Source of the DNA: a virus
Taxonomy: Duplodnaviria; Caudoviricetes
Strand: one strand, 5' to 3'
DNA: 38,729 bases
Virus record (IMG/VR): IMGVR_UViG_3300029825_000438
Span: 1 to 38,729 of that record
Positions 26,355 through 35,916 of this stretch are shown piece after piece. The notes under the pieces were generated by a model. The model saw only the letters and a program-made list of their open reading frames with translations. It had not been told where the DNA came from and searched no databases. Position 1 is the first letter of the stretch, and each line of letters begins with the position of its first letter. The translations under genes and the position numbers were made by a program.

Positions 26355-27353
26355 TTATTTTTTCTCCTCTTTTATAGGTCTGCCTTTCAGGTCACGACCT
26401 GCGTATTCCTCAATGGATTTGTAGGCAGTCTCTTTTTTGCCGTCGTCATGGTTTTTGATGGCTTTAGATTTGCCTTCATCGTCTTTGTCTTTAGATTTCT
26501 CGGATTTCTTCTCTTTCTCTGTTGAGATTTCGTCTCCACATTTACTGCAGAACTTATCAGATTCTGCTAGTTCATGGTCGCATTCACTGCATTTAATAGC
26601 TTCAGGGGGCTCTTTGGTTGCCTCCTTAAACTTCTCGACTAAATCGTCTCCGAAGTCTTCCAGGTCGGATTTAGTCACAAATTCCTTATCTTTATCTTCT
26701 TCGCTTTTAGTCACATTATCGCCTCCATTATCTGGCTCTTTGGGACTTATCAAACTATCAATGATGTCCCGGGCCTTTTCAAGTATACTTTTATTCTGTT
26801 TAGAAATTGACACACCATACTTCACCGCAGACTTACCCACACTACAACTGTTATCAATGCAAGGATGGGTAGTTAAACTCAACGTATAGACAACACCGTC
26901 CGGTACATCTCTCATTAATGTCCTGCCTTTTTGGGCTGCAAGTGCCATGGCTCTTTGTCTTGTTATTGTCGTTGGGCTGTACGCTATCTGGCCCTTCTCT
27001 GCCTTCACCATCAATTCAGGGTCGGTTATCTTGCTTTTAACAACCCACGTACCTTTTGGGTATTCACGCTCTTCACCATAGACATTAGTCATCTTAGTTG
27101 CTCCAGGGAGCAAATAGTCTTCAACAGGTTCTCCGGTGCTTTTTCCGTTTTGTAGGAATGTGTGCTCTTCGTCTATGATTCCACCGTGTTCGTGGTAGGT
27201 TTCCCTGAATTTACGGACTTCATCTTCTGTAAAGATTTCCCCGTCACAATCAGGTTCATCGGGTATCATTGCGGTGCCTGTGAAGAGTACGTGGTCTTTG
27301 TGTTTTTCTACGATGAAAGCCGGGGCTAAGGGTTCAGTTTTGTTTTTTGTTAT
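26355..27353 (-). CDS. XkdF-like prohead protease/scaffold with zinc ribbon; probable ATA start
   Basis: GTAMIPDEPDCDGE...IDEEH...PKGTWV; GGAGGTGA SD precedes in-frame ATT-ATA at 27356/27353; first ATG at 27269. Confidence 0.8.
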   Translation of the reverse strand: MTKNKTEPLAPAFIVEKHKDHVLFTGTAMIPDEPDCDGEIFTEDEVRKFRETYHEHGGIIDEEHTFLQNGKSTGEPVEDYLLPGATKMTNVYGEEREYPKGTWVVKSKITDPELMVKAEKGQIAYSPTTITRQRAMALAAQKGRTLMRDVPDGVVYTLSLTTHPCIDNSCSVGKSAVKYGVSISKQNKSILEKARDIIDSLISPKEPDNGGDNVTKSEEDKDKEFVTKSDLEDFGDDLVEKFKEATKEPPEAIKCSECDHELAESDKFCSKCGDEISTEKEKKSEKSKDKDDEGKSKAIKNHDDGKKETAYKSIEEYAGRDLKGRPIKEEKK

Positions 27354-27493
27354 AATTTCACCTCCAATTGGGTTAATTTTTTGATTTAAAATAAGAATTA
27401 ATTGTTTTATTAATAAACAAGGAATAATAAAGGATAAAAAGATGAATTAAAGCTTTTTGTAAAACTTCTGAAGCTGATTATGTAAATTCCGGT

Positions 27494-28393
27494 TCATAAA
27501 TCAAGTGGTAGCTTGTCTATTGTCATTCCAGGAATAGGGATAATATCAGATTCACGGAAAGTAACCATGCCTGGCGGTGCCATAAAGCCAAGAGGCATTA
27601 AATAAGGTACATTGGTACATCTGCAATTAATCCATTCCTTAATTGAACCTGTGCGGTCTCCTGGGTGCATCAGTCCATTACTGAATTTTGATCCCACCTT
27701 GGTTATCTGGCCATGGATCTCTTTATGAGAATCTCGGACTCTTGCATCTTGACCAGTCCACCACTGATGATAATTTATATCATAATCAATTAGTGTTTCA
27801 AAATTACCCATATTCTGGGCGCTGTTTATTTCGGTTCGGGCTATGCGGTTCGCTTCAAAGCCTTTAAGCTTGGTAAATTCTTTATTAAGGTTTCGACCAA
27901 CATCTTTAATACCAAGTCCTTCCTGGTAACCCTGGGCTAATATGCCTGTGATGTTTTGCCGGACCCGTTCCAAGGTATACTGTGAGGCGACAAAAGTCTG
28001 CATTTTGAGGTTGGTGTAGATCCGGGGTGAAAAATCAAATAAACGGTACTGTTCACTACGGTTTAACTGTAAATTAATTAAATCCAACGTAGATATACGA
28101 CCATTCCTGAGTGCCTTAGTGTTTTCATAAAGAATCGTGTCATTATATTTTGTTTCAATCTTATACCAGGGCTCTAATATCTCCCGTGCCTGGAAGCTTA
28201 GGATGTCAGGATCACCATACAAAGCCAGGAACTTCTTAAGTGTAGCCTTCTCAGCAGCTGTGAAAATATGTTGCAGTTTACTGGCTAGTGCTTTTTCGGC
28301 TGCTAATCGTAGCTCGTATTCGGTCTGTAAGCCGGTTAAAAGCGTTTTTCCCTGCTGCACCTTCAAGGCTATCTGGCTCTTTGTCAACATCAT
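27494..28393 (-). CDS. Head morphogenesis / minor head protein (SPP1 gp7 / Mu gpF family)
   Basis: RIARTE, DARVRDSH, HPGD, INCRC. Confidence 0.92.
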   Translation of the reverse strand: MMLTKSQIALKVQQGKTLLTGLQTEYELRLAAEKALASKLQHIFTAAEKATLKKFLALYGDPDILSFQAREILEPWYKIETKYNDTILYENTKALRNGRISTLDLINLQLNRSEQYRLFDFSPRIYTNLKMQTFVASQYTLERVRQNITGILAQGYQEGLGIKDVGRNLNKEFTKLKGFEANRIARTEINSAQNMGNFETLIDYDINYHQWWTGQDARVRDSHKEIHGQITKVGSKFSNGLMHPGDRTGSIKEWINCRCTNVPYLMPLGFMAPPGMVTFRESDIIPIPGMTIDKLPLDL

Positions 28394-29885
28394 TAAGCTC
28401 TCCTATAAGTTCATCCTCTAGGCCATCCAGCACTGAGTCAGTGCCTGGTGGATCTGTACTGTTACTCCCACTCCAAACATTATCGAGAGGAATACCATGC
28501 AAGTAAAACTCATCCAAATAAGGATTATCACTCTCTTTTAATCCGAAACGCTCACCAAAATGATTACGAAGTTCATTTGGGGTCATCGCCGCCCGATCGA
28601 ATAAATCCTTGGCGATGGTCATGTCTGCAGCTGCATCTCTGACATCGATTTCATTCATCTCAAACTTGAAGGGTGTCCCTGGGAAGACTTCTTCAATCAA
28701 CTGTTGGATGTCAGCTTCGTCATCGGTCTGTATGGGTTCAACTATGCTGTTTTTATATATCTCGGTGCTGTCTCGGCTGTTGCTGCCCCCTAGTCTGCCT
28801 GTTTCATTGATCCCTAGACGGTAAGGCGGTACCCTGTGGGCTGCTATTACTTCATCCCGGTTATCTTTTCGATAAAGACGGAAAGAAGCTTCTTTTGTTT
28901 CAACAGAGAGCGGCTGTAATTTGATTTCCACATTTCCTTCTTCACCTTCACTGGGGACTAATATAGTAACTGCAGAGTGTGGGTTTTTCATTACCTCTTT
29001 AATTTGCTTAGAAATCTTGTATCGGAGGGTTTCAGTCTCATCATAACCCTCATCACCAGGTTCTTTATCATAATCCTCAAAATCACCACTAACAGTTACA
29101 GCAAAGGCAGGCATACCATAATTCTTAAAAAATGCCGTGTTAAAAATAGACCGACTAGTGTCACCATGTATTGCAGGGATTGCAGGTACGATCTTTGCTA
29201 ATCCATAGTATTTGCTTTTAGGGGTGTAGTCCATCTGCCATAATAGTTCATTGGCCCTCTCATCCTTCCTTAGGCTGTTGTAAGGGCATATTTCACCGGT
29301 CTCGCAGTGGACGTCTACGGGTTTACCGTCCACCTTATTTTTACCATAAATAACAAACCAAACCTCTTTTAACCCTATCTTCTGTTTAACCCGGAAACCG
29401 TCCCGATGACGCCGTAGATGTTGACTTGGTAAATGGTCTAATCTTTGTGCTGGGCTTTTGCTCCGCCCCTGTCTGATTATCTCTAGGGCACCGTAGCCCA
29501 CGCCCCGGCGGTCATAGGTCCTCTGATAAAATAACTTATTTAAATTAGGTGATAATCCTTCAACGAATGTTCTTATCCGTTTCTTTGCGCCTTCACTTCC
29601 AGTCTGATCTGCCTTGTTACTGATAGTCCAGCCGTTCCCGGCACTGTCACGGGCCACTACATCAACACACTGGGCATGATACGTATTTACCTCAAGGAGC
29701 TCCAATAGATGATGTGGATCATAGAGTGGTTCATAAAACTCTTTATAGTCCCATCCTTCACCCTCGATCTGTTTACTACCCTCTTCGCTTTTAATAGCGT
29801 ATCGGTTGAGAGCGGATGCTTTGATTAAGTCCCAGTCACCATCAGATTTTGTAACGATAAAAGCATCTGGACTCTTTTTACTCAT
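28278..29885 (-). CDS. Portal protein
   Basis: YYGL, FFKNYGMP, AHRVPPYRLG, MTPNELR; follows terminase. Confidence 0.92.
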   Translation of the reverse strand: MSKKSPDAFIVTKSDGDWDLIKASALNRYAIKSEEGSKQIEGEGWDYKEFYEPLYDPHHLLELLEVNTYHAQCVDVVARDSAGNGWTISNKADQTGSEGAKKRIRTFVEGLSPNLNKLFYQRTYDRRGVGYGALEIIRQGRSKSPAQRLDHLPSQHLRRHRDGFRVKQKIGLKEVWFVIYGKNKVDGKPVDVHCETGEICPYNSLRKDERANELLWQMDYTPKSKYYGLAKIVPAIPAIHGDTSRSIFNTAFFKNYGMPAFAVTVSGDFEDYDKEPGDEGYDETETLRYKISKQIKEVMKNPHSAVTILVPSEGEEGNVEIKLQPLSVETKEASFRLYRKDNRDEVIAAHRVPPYRLGINETGRLGGSNSRDSTEIYKNSIVEPIQTDDEADIQQLIEEVFPGTPFKFEMNEIDVRDAAADMTIAKDLFDRAAMTPNELRNHFGERFGLKESDNPYLDEFYLHGIPLDNVWSGSNSTDPPGTDSVLDGLEDELIGELNDVDKEPDSLEGAAGKNAFNRLTDRIRATISSRKSTSQ

Positions 29886-31477
29886 ACTTTAACCTTCCTT
29901 CTTGGTCGTTCCCAATGCCTAGCAGATCCTGTAAGTGTATCAGTGATGTTATCTTCTCCACCTTCTTCTCCTGTAAATTCAATTAATTCATAAATAATCT
30001 TCTTTATTTCCTTCATTGTAAGGCTGTCAGTGTCAAATTCCAGTCTTCCAGTCTCTGCCATGACTTCCAGGTCAAAGCTGCGGTCTAGTTTGCTATCTTG
30101 TACTTTATCGGCTTTGATTCGTGGGTAGCCTCGGAGTTTTCTGTTTCGTCTGAATTTTTTTATCAGAAGTTTGGCCATACTGCCCGGTTCTTGCTCTACC
30201 ATTCGTTTACAGCTTTTACCGTCTTTGATTGTCACAGTGTCGAATCGGTTAAGTACTTGACTTGAACTATATTTACCATGCAATAGGCCCCGTACAACCA
30301 TCTTATTAACACCCTCATCATCAGTGTAATATCCAGTCTTAGTAGCTGCAACATTATCCCCATCTTCACCACTGGCGGCGAAATCCCAGTACCTGAGTTC
30401 ATTAAGAGGGTCTGGTAACTTTTGAGAATTAGTAAGAACACTGCCGAGGATTTCTCCTCTTTCATCCAGGAACCATTCCCGTTTAAAGATTTTACCTTCT
30501 CTTTCCCTGGGGGTTCCCTGGTAAATGGCTTCAAATCGGAAAGAACCCATGGATTGCCTTATTTTTTCCAGGTCATCTTCATTTTTGATTGGTCTGCATA
30601 GGGCTTCTCCAGGTTGTCTGCCTAGGATGTCTTCTTCTTCTGCAATAGCAGGTAGATTGAGCACTACCCATGTTCCAGGTTCTATATCTCCCCCACTTCT
30701 CAGTATTTCCAGAGCTTCACTGGCTGTGATATGGGGTTCTCCAGGGTCATCCTCTGTTAATCCATGGAGTATTTGCCCTGCTAGGTCTTTAACTCCTAAT
30801 CGTTGGGCTATGTAGATTATCCAGGGATTTCTCCCAGTGTCCATGTCTTTGTCTAGCCTGGTTTGGGCTTCAGTGTAGAACCAATCATTTAATTCCTGTT
30901 GATGGGTTTTACTATTTACTTTCTTAAATCCCTTAGAAGGGTCATCAATGATTAATCCATTTGCCCCTTCTCCTAGGATTGCACCGCCTGTTCCGGAGGT
31001 GAATAAGCCGCCATCATGGTCTGCAATATCCCATCTATATGAGGCATTGCTGGCTTTATCCAGTTCAATCTGATTAGGCTGGAGAGTTCTATGTGTTTCT
31101 CCATTTTCATCTTCATATTGGACTTCTTTAACAAACAACTTCCTACCATACTTTTCCAGGAGATTCTTTGCTATTCTACCCCACTTAGCACTAAAAGTAT
31201 GTGTATGGGTAGTTAAAATGATTCTAAGGTCTGGAAAACTACCCAGAAACCAAACAAGGAAATACTTAGAAATAAGCCATGATTTACCATGCCTTGGAGG
31301 CATGAAAACCATTAAGCGGTTCAGGCGACCCTGAACCAAATACATCAATAATTCAATAACAATAACTAGATGTTTGAAAGCCCTCCACCGGCCACTACTC
31401 GCCTCCAAAGCAAATGTACCAGGGCCTAGGGGAAATCTTTCATCAATCGGTGATTCCTTGGGCTTTGCCGACGTCAT
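29882..31477 (-). CDS. terL: Terminase large subunit
   Basis: MPPRHGKS Walker A, IIDDP Walker B, YWDFA nuclease, DNITD. Confidence 0.95.
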   Translation of the reverse strand: MTSAKPKESPIDERFPLGPGTFALEASSGRWRAFKHLVIVIELLMYLVQGRLNRLMVFMPPRHGKSWLISKYFLVWFLGSFPDLRIILTTHTHTFSAKWGRIAKNLLEKYGRKLFVKEVQYEDENGETHRTLQPNQIELDKASNASYRWDIADHDGGLFTSGTGGAILGEGANGLIIDDPSKGFKKVNSKTHQQELNDWFYTEAQTRLDKDMDTGRNPWIIYIAQRLGVKDLAGQILHGLTEDDPGEPHITASEALEILRSGGDIEPGTWVVLNLPAIAEEEDILGRQPGEALCRPIKNEDDLEKIRQSMGSFRFEAIYQGTPREREGKIFKREWFLDERGEILGSVLTNSQKLPDPLNELRYWDFAASGEDGDNVAATKTGYYTDDEGVNKMVVRGLLHGKYSSSQVLNRFDTVTIKDGKSCKRMVEQEPGSMAKLLIKKFRRNRKLRGYPRIKADKVQDSKLDRSFDLEVMAETGRLEFDTDSLTMKEIKKIIYELIEFTGEEGGEDNITDTLTGSARHWERPRRKVKV

Positions 31478-32009
31478 TTAAAACACGTTTTTCATGTTCA
31501 ATATGCTCATCACTACAAATCAAAGACATAGTCACACTATACCGGCCTTCAATTTTGCCTTGTATCTGTTGAATATTAGCAGCTTCACCCTGGCTAGTTT
31601 TAATGATCTCCTGGGCATTCCTAGCAGCACTACTGGTATTCAATATCTCAATACCAGAAACCCATTCATCAGCATCCAATTTCTTTTCTAATAAGTCTAA
31701 CTTCTTGCCTATAATTTTAATAAGCTTACGTCCCAAAGATTCACATTGCAAATCATCTTCAACAATGTTTTCAGCTTCAATCTCGGACTTCTTTTCTTCA
31801 ACTTTTTGTTCGACTTTCTTGAGATAGCGTTCGCGTTGTTCGTCCCATGGTCCGTCTGGATCGTTGGAACTGTGGCTGCTTATGGTTGATTTGCTGGGGC
31901 CGTGTAGTGTTGATAGGTCTTCGTAGCTGGGGTAGGTTTTGTTGCCGTCTTCTTTTTTGATGCCTTGGATGTATTGTCGTTTGATTGTTTCCCAGTTGTA
32001 TTTTGCCAT
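31443..32009 (-). CDS. terS: Terminase small subunit
   Basis: N-terminal HTH (NWETIKRQYIQG); overlaps the terL start. Confidence 0.75.
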   Translation of the reverse strand: MAKYNWETIKRQYIQGIKKEDGNKTYPSYEDLSTLHGPSKSTISSHSSNDPDGPWDEQRERYLKKVEQKVEEKKSEIEAENIVEDDLQCESLGRKLIKIIGKKLDLLEKKLDADEWVSGIEILNTSSAARNAQEIIKTSQGEAANIQQIQGKIEGRYSVTMSLICSDEHIEHEKRVLNDVGKAQGITD

Positions 32010-32041
32010 GGTCGAACTCCTGTTCGTTTTTTTGTTCGGTT

Positions 32042-32290
32042 TTATAATGGTGTGAAGTATTTAATTAATTCAAAAATTATGAGTGGTATTAATACAAAAC
32101 AGGCACCTATTCCTCTGTCGGTCCATTCTTTGATTATTTCTTTTTTTGCTTCTTGTTTTGTGTCGTTGGTGGTGAGTTGGTCTAGTTTAGTGTTGATGTC
32201 TCGGAGCTCTTGTATTAGGAGGGGGTGTGCACTGCATATCCCATTCTTTTGTGGTATTTGTAACGCTTGCATTTGTTCATTTTGGTCCAT
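32042..32290 (-). CDS. Small protein with coiled coil and C-terminal TM helix (holin/antiholin-like)
   Basis: GIGACFVLIPLIIFELI hydrophobic segment. Confidence 0.6.
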   Translation of the reverse strand: MDQNEQMQALQIPQKNGICSAHPLLIQELRDINTKLDQLTTNDTKQEAKKEIIKEWTDRGIGACFVLIPLIIFELIKYFTPL

Positions 32291-32314
32291 CCGTCCCGCC
32301 CCTCTCTAAATGTT

Positions 32315-32527
32315 TTATTTTTCGGTGTTGTTTAGGTCGCCTTTTTGTAGTCCTAGTTCTTTGATGAACTCTCTTAGTGCTATGAAGAATATTACCCCGA
32401 TCACACTAGCTATTGAGCCGTATTCTCCTAGTAAGGTTGTTATTTGTGGTTCTGCTCCTGCTATTCCTATTACGCTTGCGAGTAGTAGGGCTGATATTAT
32501 TCTTTCTTTGTTTGGTATTGCTGCCAT
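32315..32527 (-). CDS. Two-TM membrane protein, holin candidate
   Basis: Two hydrophobic helices plus charged tail; GGAGA SD. Confidence 0.6.
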   Translation of the reverse strand: MAAIPNKERIISALLLASVIGIAGAEPQITTLLGEYGSIASVIGVIFFIALREFIKELGLQKGDLNNTEK

Positions 32528-32616
32528 GTTCTAATCATCTCCTTAAAAATTGTTTAAAATTATACCGCCTCCGCACCTTTAGGGAAAGGTGACATCAAAA
32601 AGGGTTTAAATGAAAA

Positions 32617-33351
32617 TTAGAATGCTGTTAATAATTTATGAGTCTGTTCTGGCTGGTATTCCTCAAGGTTCAATTCCGATAATCTGTCTCGTATTATCTG
32701 GCAGTATTCGGGTTTTTGTTCTATCAAAACACAATTTTTATTAAGATTATGAGATGCTATTCCAACCGTTCCACTCCCTGCAAATGGATCAAGAACTTTA
32801 AAAGAATTTGGAAAACATTTTAATATATCCTCAACTAATTTAAGTGGAAATGCTCTTGTGTGCTTTTTACTAGTTCCTTCTGGTTTCCAATCTTTTTTAG
32901 TAAACAAATCATGATGATTAATATTGTTGATTAATTTAGTTTTTGGTGATTTTGTAAGCCAATAAATTCTCTCAGTCATTGGATAAAATCGTATTTTATC
33001 AAAATTTGGACTTCCATTAAACCATACAAGTTCTTGTTTAATCACAAAATCTGTTTTTAATAACCATTCATAAGGAGTGATTTGTATTCCTTTTTTAATC
33101 CTATTTTTATGATTATAAATTAAACTACCATTTTTTTTTAAAACTCTGTAAATTTCATTTAAAATAGATATTTGTGATATTTGGTAGTCTGATTCATCTA
33201 AATTATCATTATAAGGATTATGTTTCTTATTTCCGGTGTGGTGATTATTACCTAAATTATAAGGTGGAGATGTAAAAACAATATCAAAACTATCACTTGG
33301 AAAAGTTGACATAACCTCCAAACAATCACCCTCATACAACTTCCATGACAT
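32617..33351 (-). CDS. Beta-class DNA methyltransferase (SPPY, likely N4-cytosine)
   Basis: FTSPPY ... HTRAFP ... VLDPFAGSGT. Confidence 0.9.
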   Translation of the reverse strand: MSWKLYEGDCLEVMSTFPSDSFDIVFTSPPYNLGNNHHTGNKKHNPYNDNLDESDYQISQISILNEIYRVLKKNGSLIYNHKNRIKKGIQITPYEWLLKTDFVIKQELVWFNGSPNFDKIRFYPMTERIYWLTKSPKTKLINNINHHDLFTKKDWKPEGTSKKHTRAFPLKLVEDILKCFPNSFKVLDPFAGSGTVGIASHNLNKNCVLIEQKPEYCQIIRDRLSELNLEEYQPEQTHKLLTAF

Positions 33352-33383
33352 AATTAATCACCATTTAATAATAATCCTTTTTA

Positions 33384-34178
33384 TCATTTTGCTGGCATGT
33401 CAAGAGTTGCCTGCCTATTAAACTCATTCAATGTTTTCTGTTTCCTTGCCTCTAATTGTAGTTCTTGTACTGTTGCCATCCTGTCTTTAATGATTTGGCA
33501 GTATTCTGGTTCTTTTTCCATCATGATACTATTACGGTTTAGGTTTTCACATGCAACACCCGTTGTACCACTACCAGCACAATTATCCAAAACAAGGTCA
33601 TTCTCGTTGGTGTAGGTTTTAATTAAGTATTCAAAAAGTGCAACAGGCTTCTGAGTAGGATGCAAACTGTCTTTTCTAATTTTATCAAATTTAAGAATGG
33701 TAATTGGGTTTTTATAACTATAAGTCTTTTTAAGGGCTTTTTTATTCTGGTTATTAGTAGTTTCCCCTTTACTCATCCCCCCTCCTTTTATTGGAAATTC
33801 CCTTTTTATCATTTGAGGATTATAAACAGTGGAATCTAAAGAAAATATTAATATATGTTCATGTTGTCGCATTGGTTGAAATTTAGCGTAAGTCATACCA
33901 GAGGGGATTTTTTTATTCCATATCCATTCGTATCGGAACATATCATAGTTACTACTAATTAATCGAGTTGTAAACGGTTGAGAGGCTGTTAGTACAATTG
34001 CTCCATTATCTTTAATCACTCTTTTATACTCAACCCATAACTCATCTAATGGTAGTGGTGTGTCCCATTTGCAGTCTGTTGTACCGTAGGGTAAATCACA
34101 TAAAATCATATCTATGGATTTATCCTCCAGTAAAGGAAGATAATCGAAGCAGTTTCCTTCGTATAATTTCCAAGCCAT
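33384..34178 (-). CDS. Beta-class N6/N4 DNA methyltransferase
   Basis: CDLPY ... HPTQKP ... VLDNCAGSGT. Confidence 0.9.
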   Translation of the reverse strand: MAWKLYEGNCFDYLPLLEDKSIDMILCDLPYGTTDCKWDTPLPLDELWVEYKRVIKDNGAIVLTASQPFTTRLISSNYDMFRYEWIWNKKIPSGMTYAKFQPMRQHEHILIFSLDSTVYNPQMIKREFPIKGGGMSKGETTNNQNKKALKKTYSYKNPITILKFDKIRKDSLHPTQKPVALFEYLIKTYTNENDLVLDNCAGSGTTGVACENLNRNSIMMEKEPEYCQIIKDRMATVQELQLEARKQKTLNEFNRQATLDMPAK

Positions 34179-34276
34179 AAAAAATCACTCATTAATCGTT
34201 AATAAAACAGGGATTAATTCTTTTGTTAAGCCCTGTGAGTTTAAATACAGTCTTCTAGAAGAGTTAAGGTTTTTTT

Positions 34277-34359
34277 TTTGAGGGGGGAGAAATACATTTG
34301 AGGTAAAAAATAGGGCTGAAAATGGATGTTTTCAAACAGGTGATTTCTCTCCCCTCAAA
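34277..34359. repeat. 17-bp inverted repeat (1 mismatch) in intergenic region
   Basis: TTTGAGGGGGGAGAAAT / ATTTCTCTCCCCTCAAA. Confidence 0.7.
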
Positions 34360-34425
34360 GTGGTTTTTTGCGTGGAGGTGCAAAAAAATGGTTGTAGTTG
34401 TCATAGGATGACAATGAAATAAATA

Positions 34426-34788
34426 TTATTCTAGGTGACTAACATCAAAGAAATGGCCGAATGGATAATTAACCCTTATCCGCCCGGTATAATGGTGTAA
34501 ACTCTTCAAGACTAATCCACAGGCCTGGCAGACTAATTCTTTTTCATCAGTTTCAAAGTGCAAATCTTTCGATTGACATTCGGGGCATTCATCCTCTTTT
34601 ACAGTCCAGTTAAATGGCTCTTCTATTTCTTTGTATGCTGTAAGTTGGGGGTTGCCGTGTAATGTGAAATCACAGCGTCCACATTCCCGTTTGGATTTGT
34701 ATGGTTTTTGGAGCGAGTAATCACAGTAGGGGCATCGTTGTTTGAGGATCTGTTCAAGATATTCAATGTCTTTTTCATACCGCCTCAT
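34426..34788 (-). CDS. Double zinc-ribbon protein with TFIIB/TFB-type ribbon
   Basis: CPYC..CGRC and CPECQS...ELVCQACGLVL. Confidence 0.8.
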   Translation of the reverse strand: MRRYEKDIEYLEQILKQRCPYCDYSLQKPYKSKRECGRCDFTLHGNPQLTAYKEIEEPFNWTVKEDECPECQSKDLHFETDEKELVCQACGLVLKSLHHYTGRIRVNYPFGHFFDVSHLE

Positions 34789-34809
34789 AAACCACCAGGG
34801 ACTATAATT

Positions 34810-35193
34810 TTAGATTGCTTCCTTACCTTTAGTGTTGATCAGTTTAGAACAGCCTTCAAGTTTAAGTCGTTTCATTTCATTCATTATTAATACTTCTTCT
34901 TTATTAGTGTCGGGGTTAGGGTGTTCGTTTAGGTTGCTTGTGCCTTTTCCGGTGTGGTATTGGTTCATTAAGTTGCCCCTGCGTTTGTATTCATTGCCTA
35001 TGGCTTCGTAGGTTATTTTTTTTCTTAATTTTCTTTTTCTGTTTTGTTTTTCTTGATTTCTTTGTCTTGTGAGTTCTATACTTCTTTTCCTTGCCGTTAT
35101 TTTGCATTTGGCTTGGCAGTACCTTTGGTTAGGGTGTTCTATTTTGAATGTTTCCCCACATATTGGACATTTTCTTTCCTTCGTATGGACCAC
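34810..35193 (-). CDS. Basic C4 zinc-finger protein
   Basis: CPICGETF...QRYCQAKC followed by a basic helix. Confidence 0.75.
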   Translation of the reverse strand: MVHTKERKCPICGETFKIEHPNQRYCQAKCKITARKRSIELTRQRNQEKQNRKRKLRKKITYEAIGNEYKRRGNLMNQYHTGKGTSNLNEHPNPDTNKEEVLIMNEMKRLKLEGCSKLINTKGKEAI

Positions 35194-35323
35194 TCCCTTC
35201 TACTCTTATTCTTCTTTTAAATCAATATTCCTTAATAGAACCCCCCCTCTATGTGCATTCTAGGTTAATCCCCCTGTGAACGGGGCAAGTGTGACACCCT
35301 CCCGGGCTGCAAGGTCATCATAT

Positions 35324-35635
35324 TTAGACATCACTTTCCAACTCCTCTATATCCATATCAGTGACAAATTCCTTTTTAATAAAGAAATTATGATACCATT
35401 TACTGAGCTCTTCACAGTGATAACGGTGGACTACGCATTTCTCCCGATATTCTGGCTTTTTCCCAGGCCTATCTGCACAGGTACAGCAAATTGTTTTATA
35501 TCCCAATTCTTCATCTGGCCATAGGTTTCCATCTTCATCTTCACCCCAGAAAAATCTCCAATGCCGTGGCTCTTCCTTTGGGAATGGCTTTCCACAAACA
35601 TGGCATAATCTTGGGTCTTTATTACCTGGTGACAT
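35324..35635 (-). CDS. Zinc-finger hypothetical protein
   Basis: CHVCG...CCTC; TAATG coupling. Confidence 0.7.
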   Translation of the reverse strand: MSPGNKDPRLCHVCGKPFPKEEPRHWRFFWGEDEDGNLWPDEELGYKTICCTCADRPGKKPEYREKCVVHRYHCEELSKWYHNFFIKKEFVTDMDIEELESDV

Positions 35636-35862
35636 TATTTTCCCTCCATGAATGCGTCCAGGAATAGTATTAAGTAATCCCCTTTAATCTGGTAATCAAA
35701 AGGTATTCTTCTCATAAAAGCTCTATCAACACAAGTAAACTTGTTTATTTCTATTTTAACTCTTAATTTCTTTTTAAATTCAAATATAACATTGGTCCTA
35801 TCCATATCCACTGATTTAAATCCTTTGATAACTTCTAGAAATTCTTGCAGAGTTTCTTCCAT
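35635..35862 (-). CDS. Hypothetical protein
   Basis: 75-aa ORF, purine-rich SD, coupled to next gene. Confidence 0.65.
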   Translation of the reverse strand: MEETLQEFLEVIKGFKSVDMDRTNVIFEFKKKLRVKIEINKFTCVDRAFMRRIPFDYQIKGDYLILFLDAFMEGK

Positions 35863-35916
35863 TTTGTCCCCCTTCTAATATTTTTTCACAGATACAATCC
35901 GACAACTTCATCTTTC

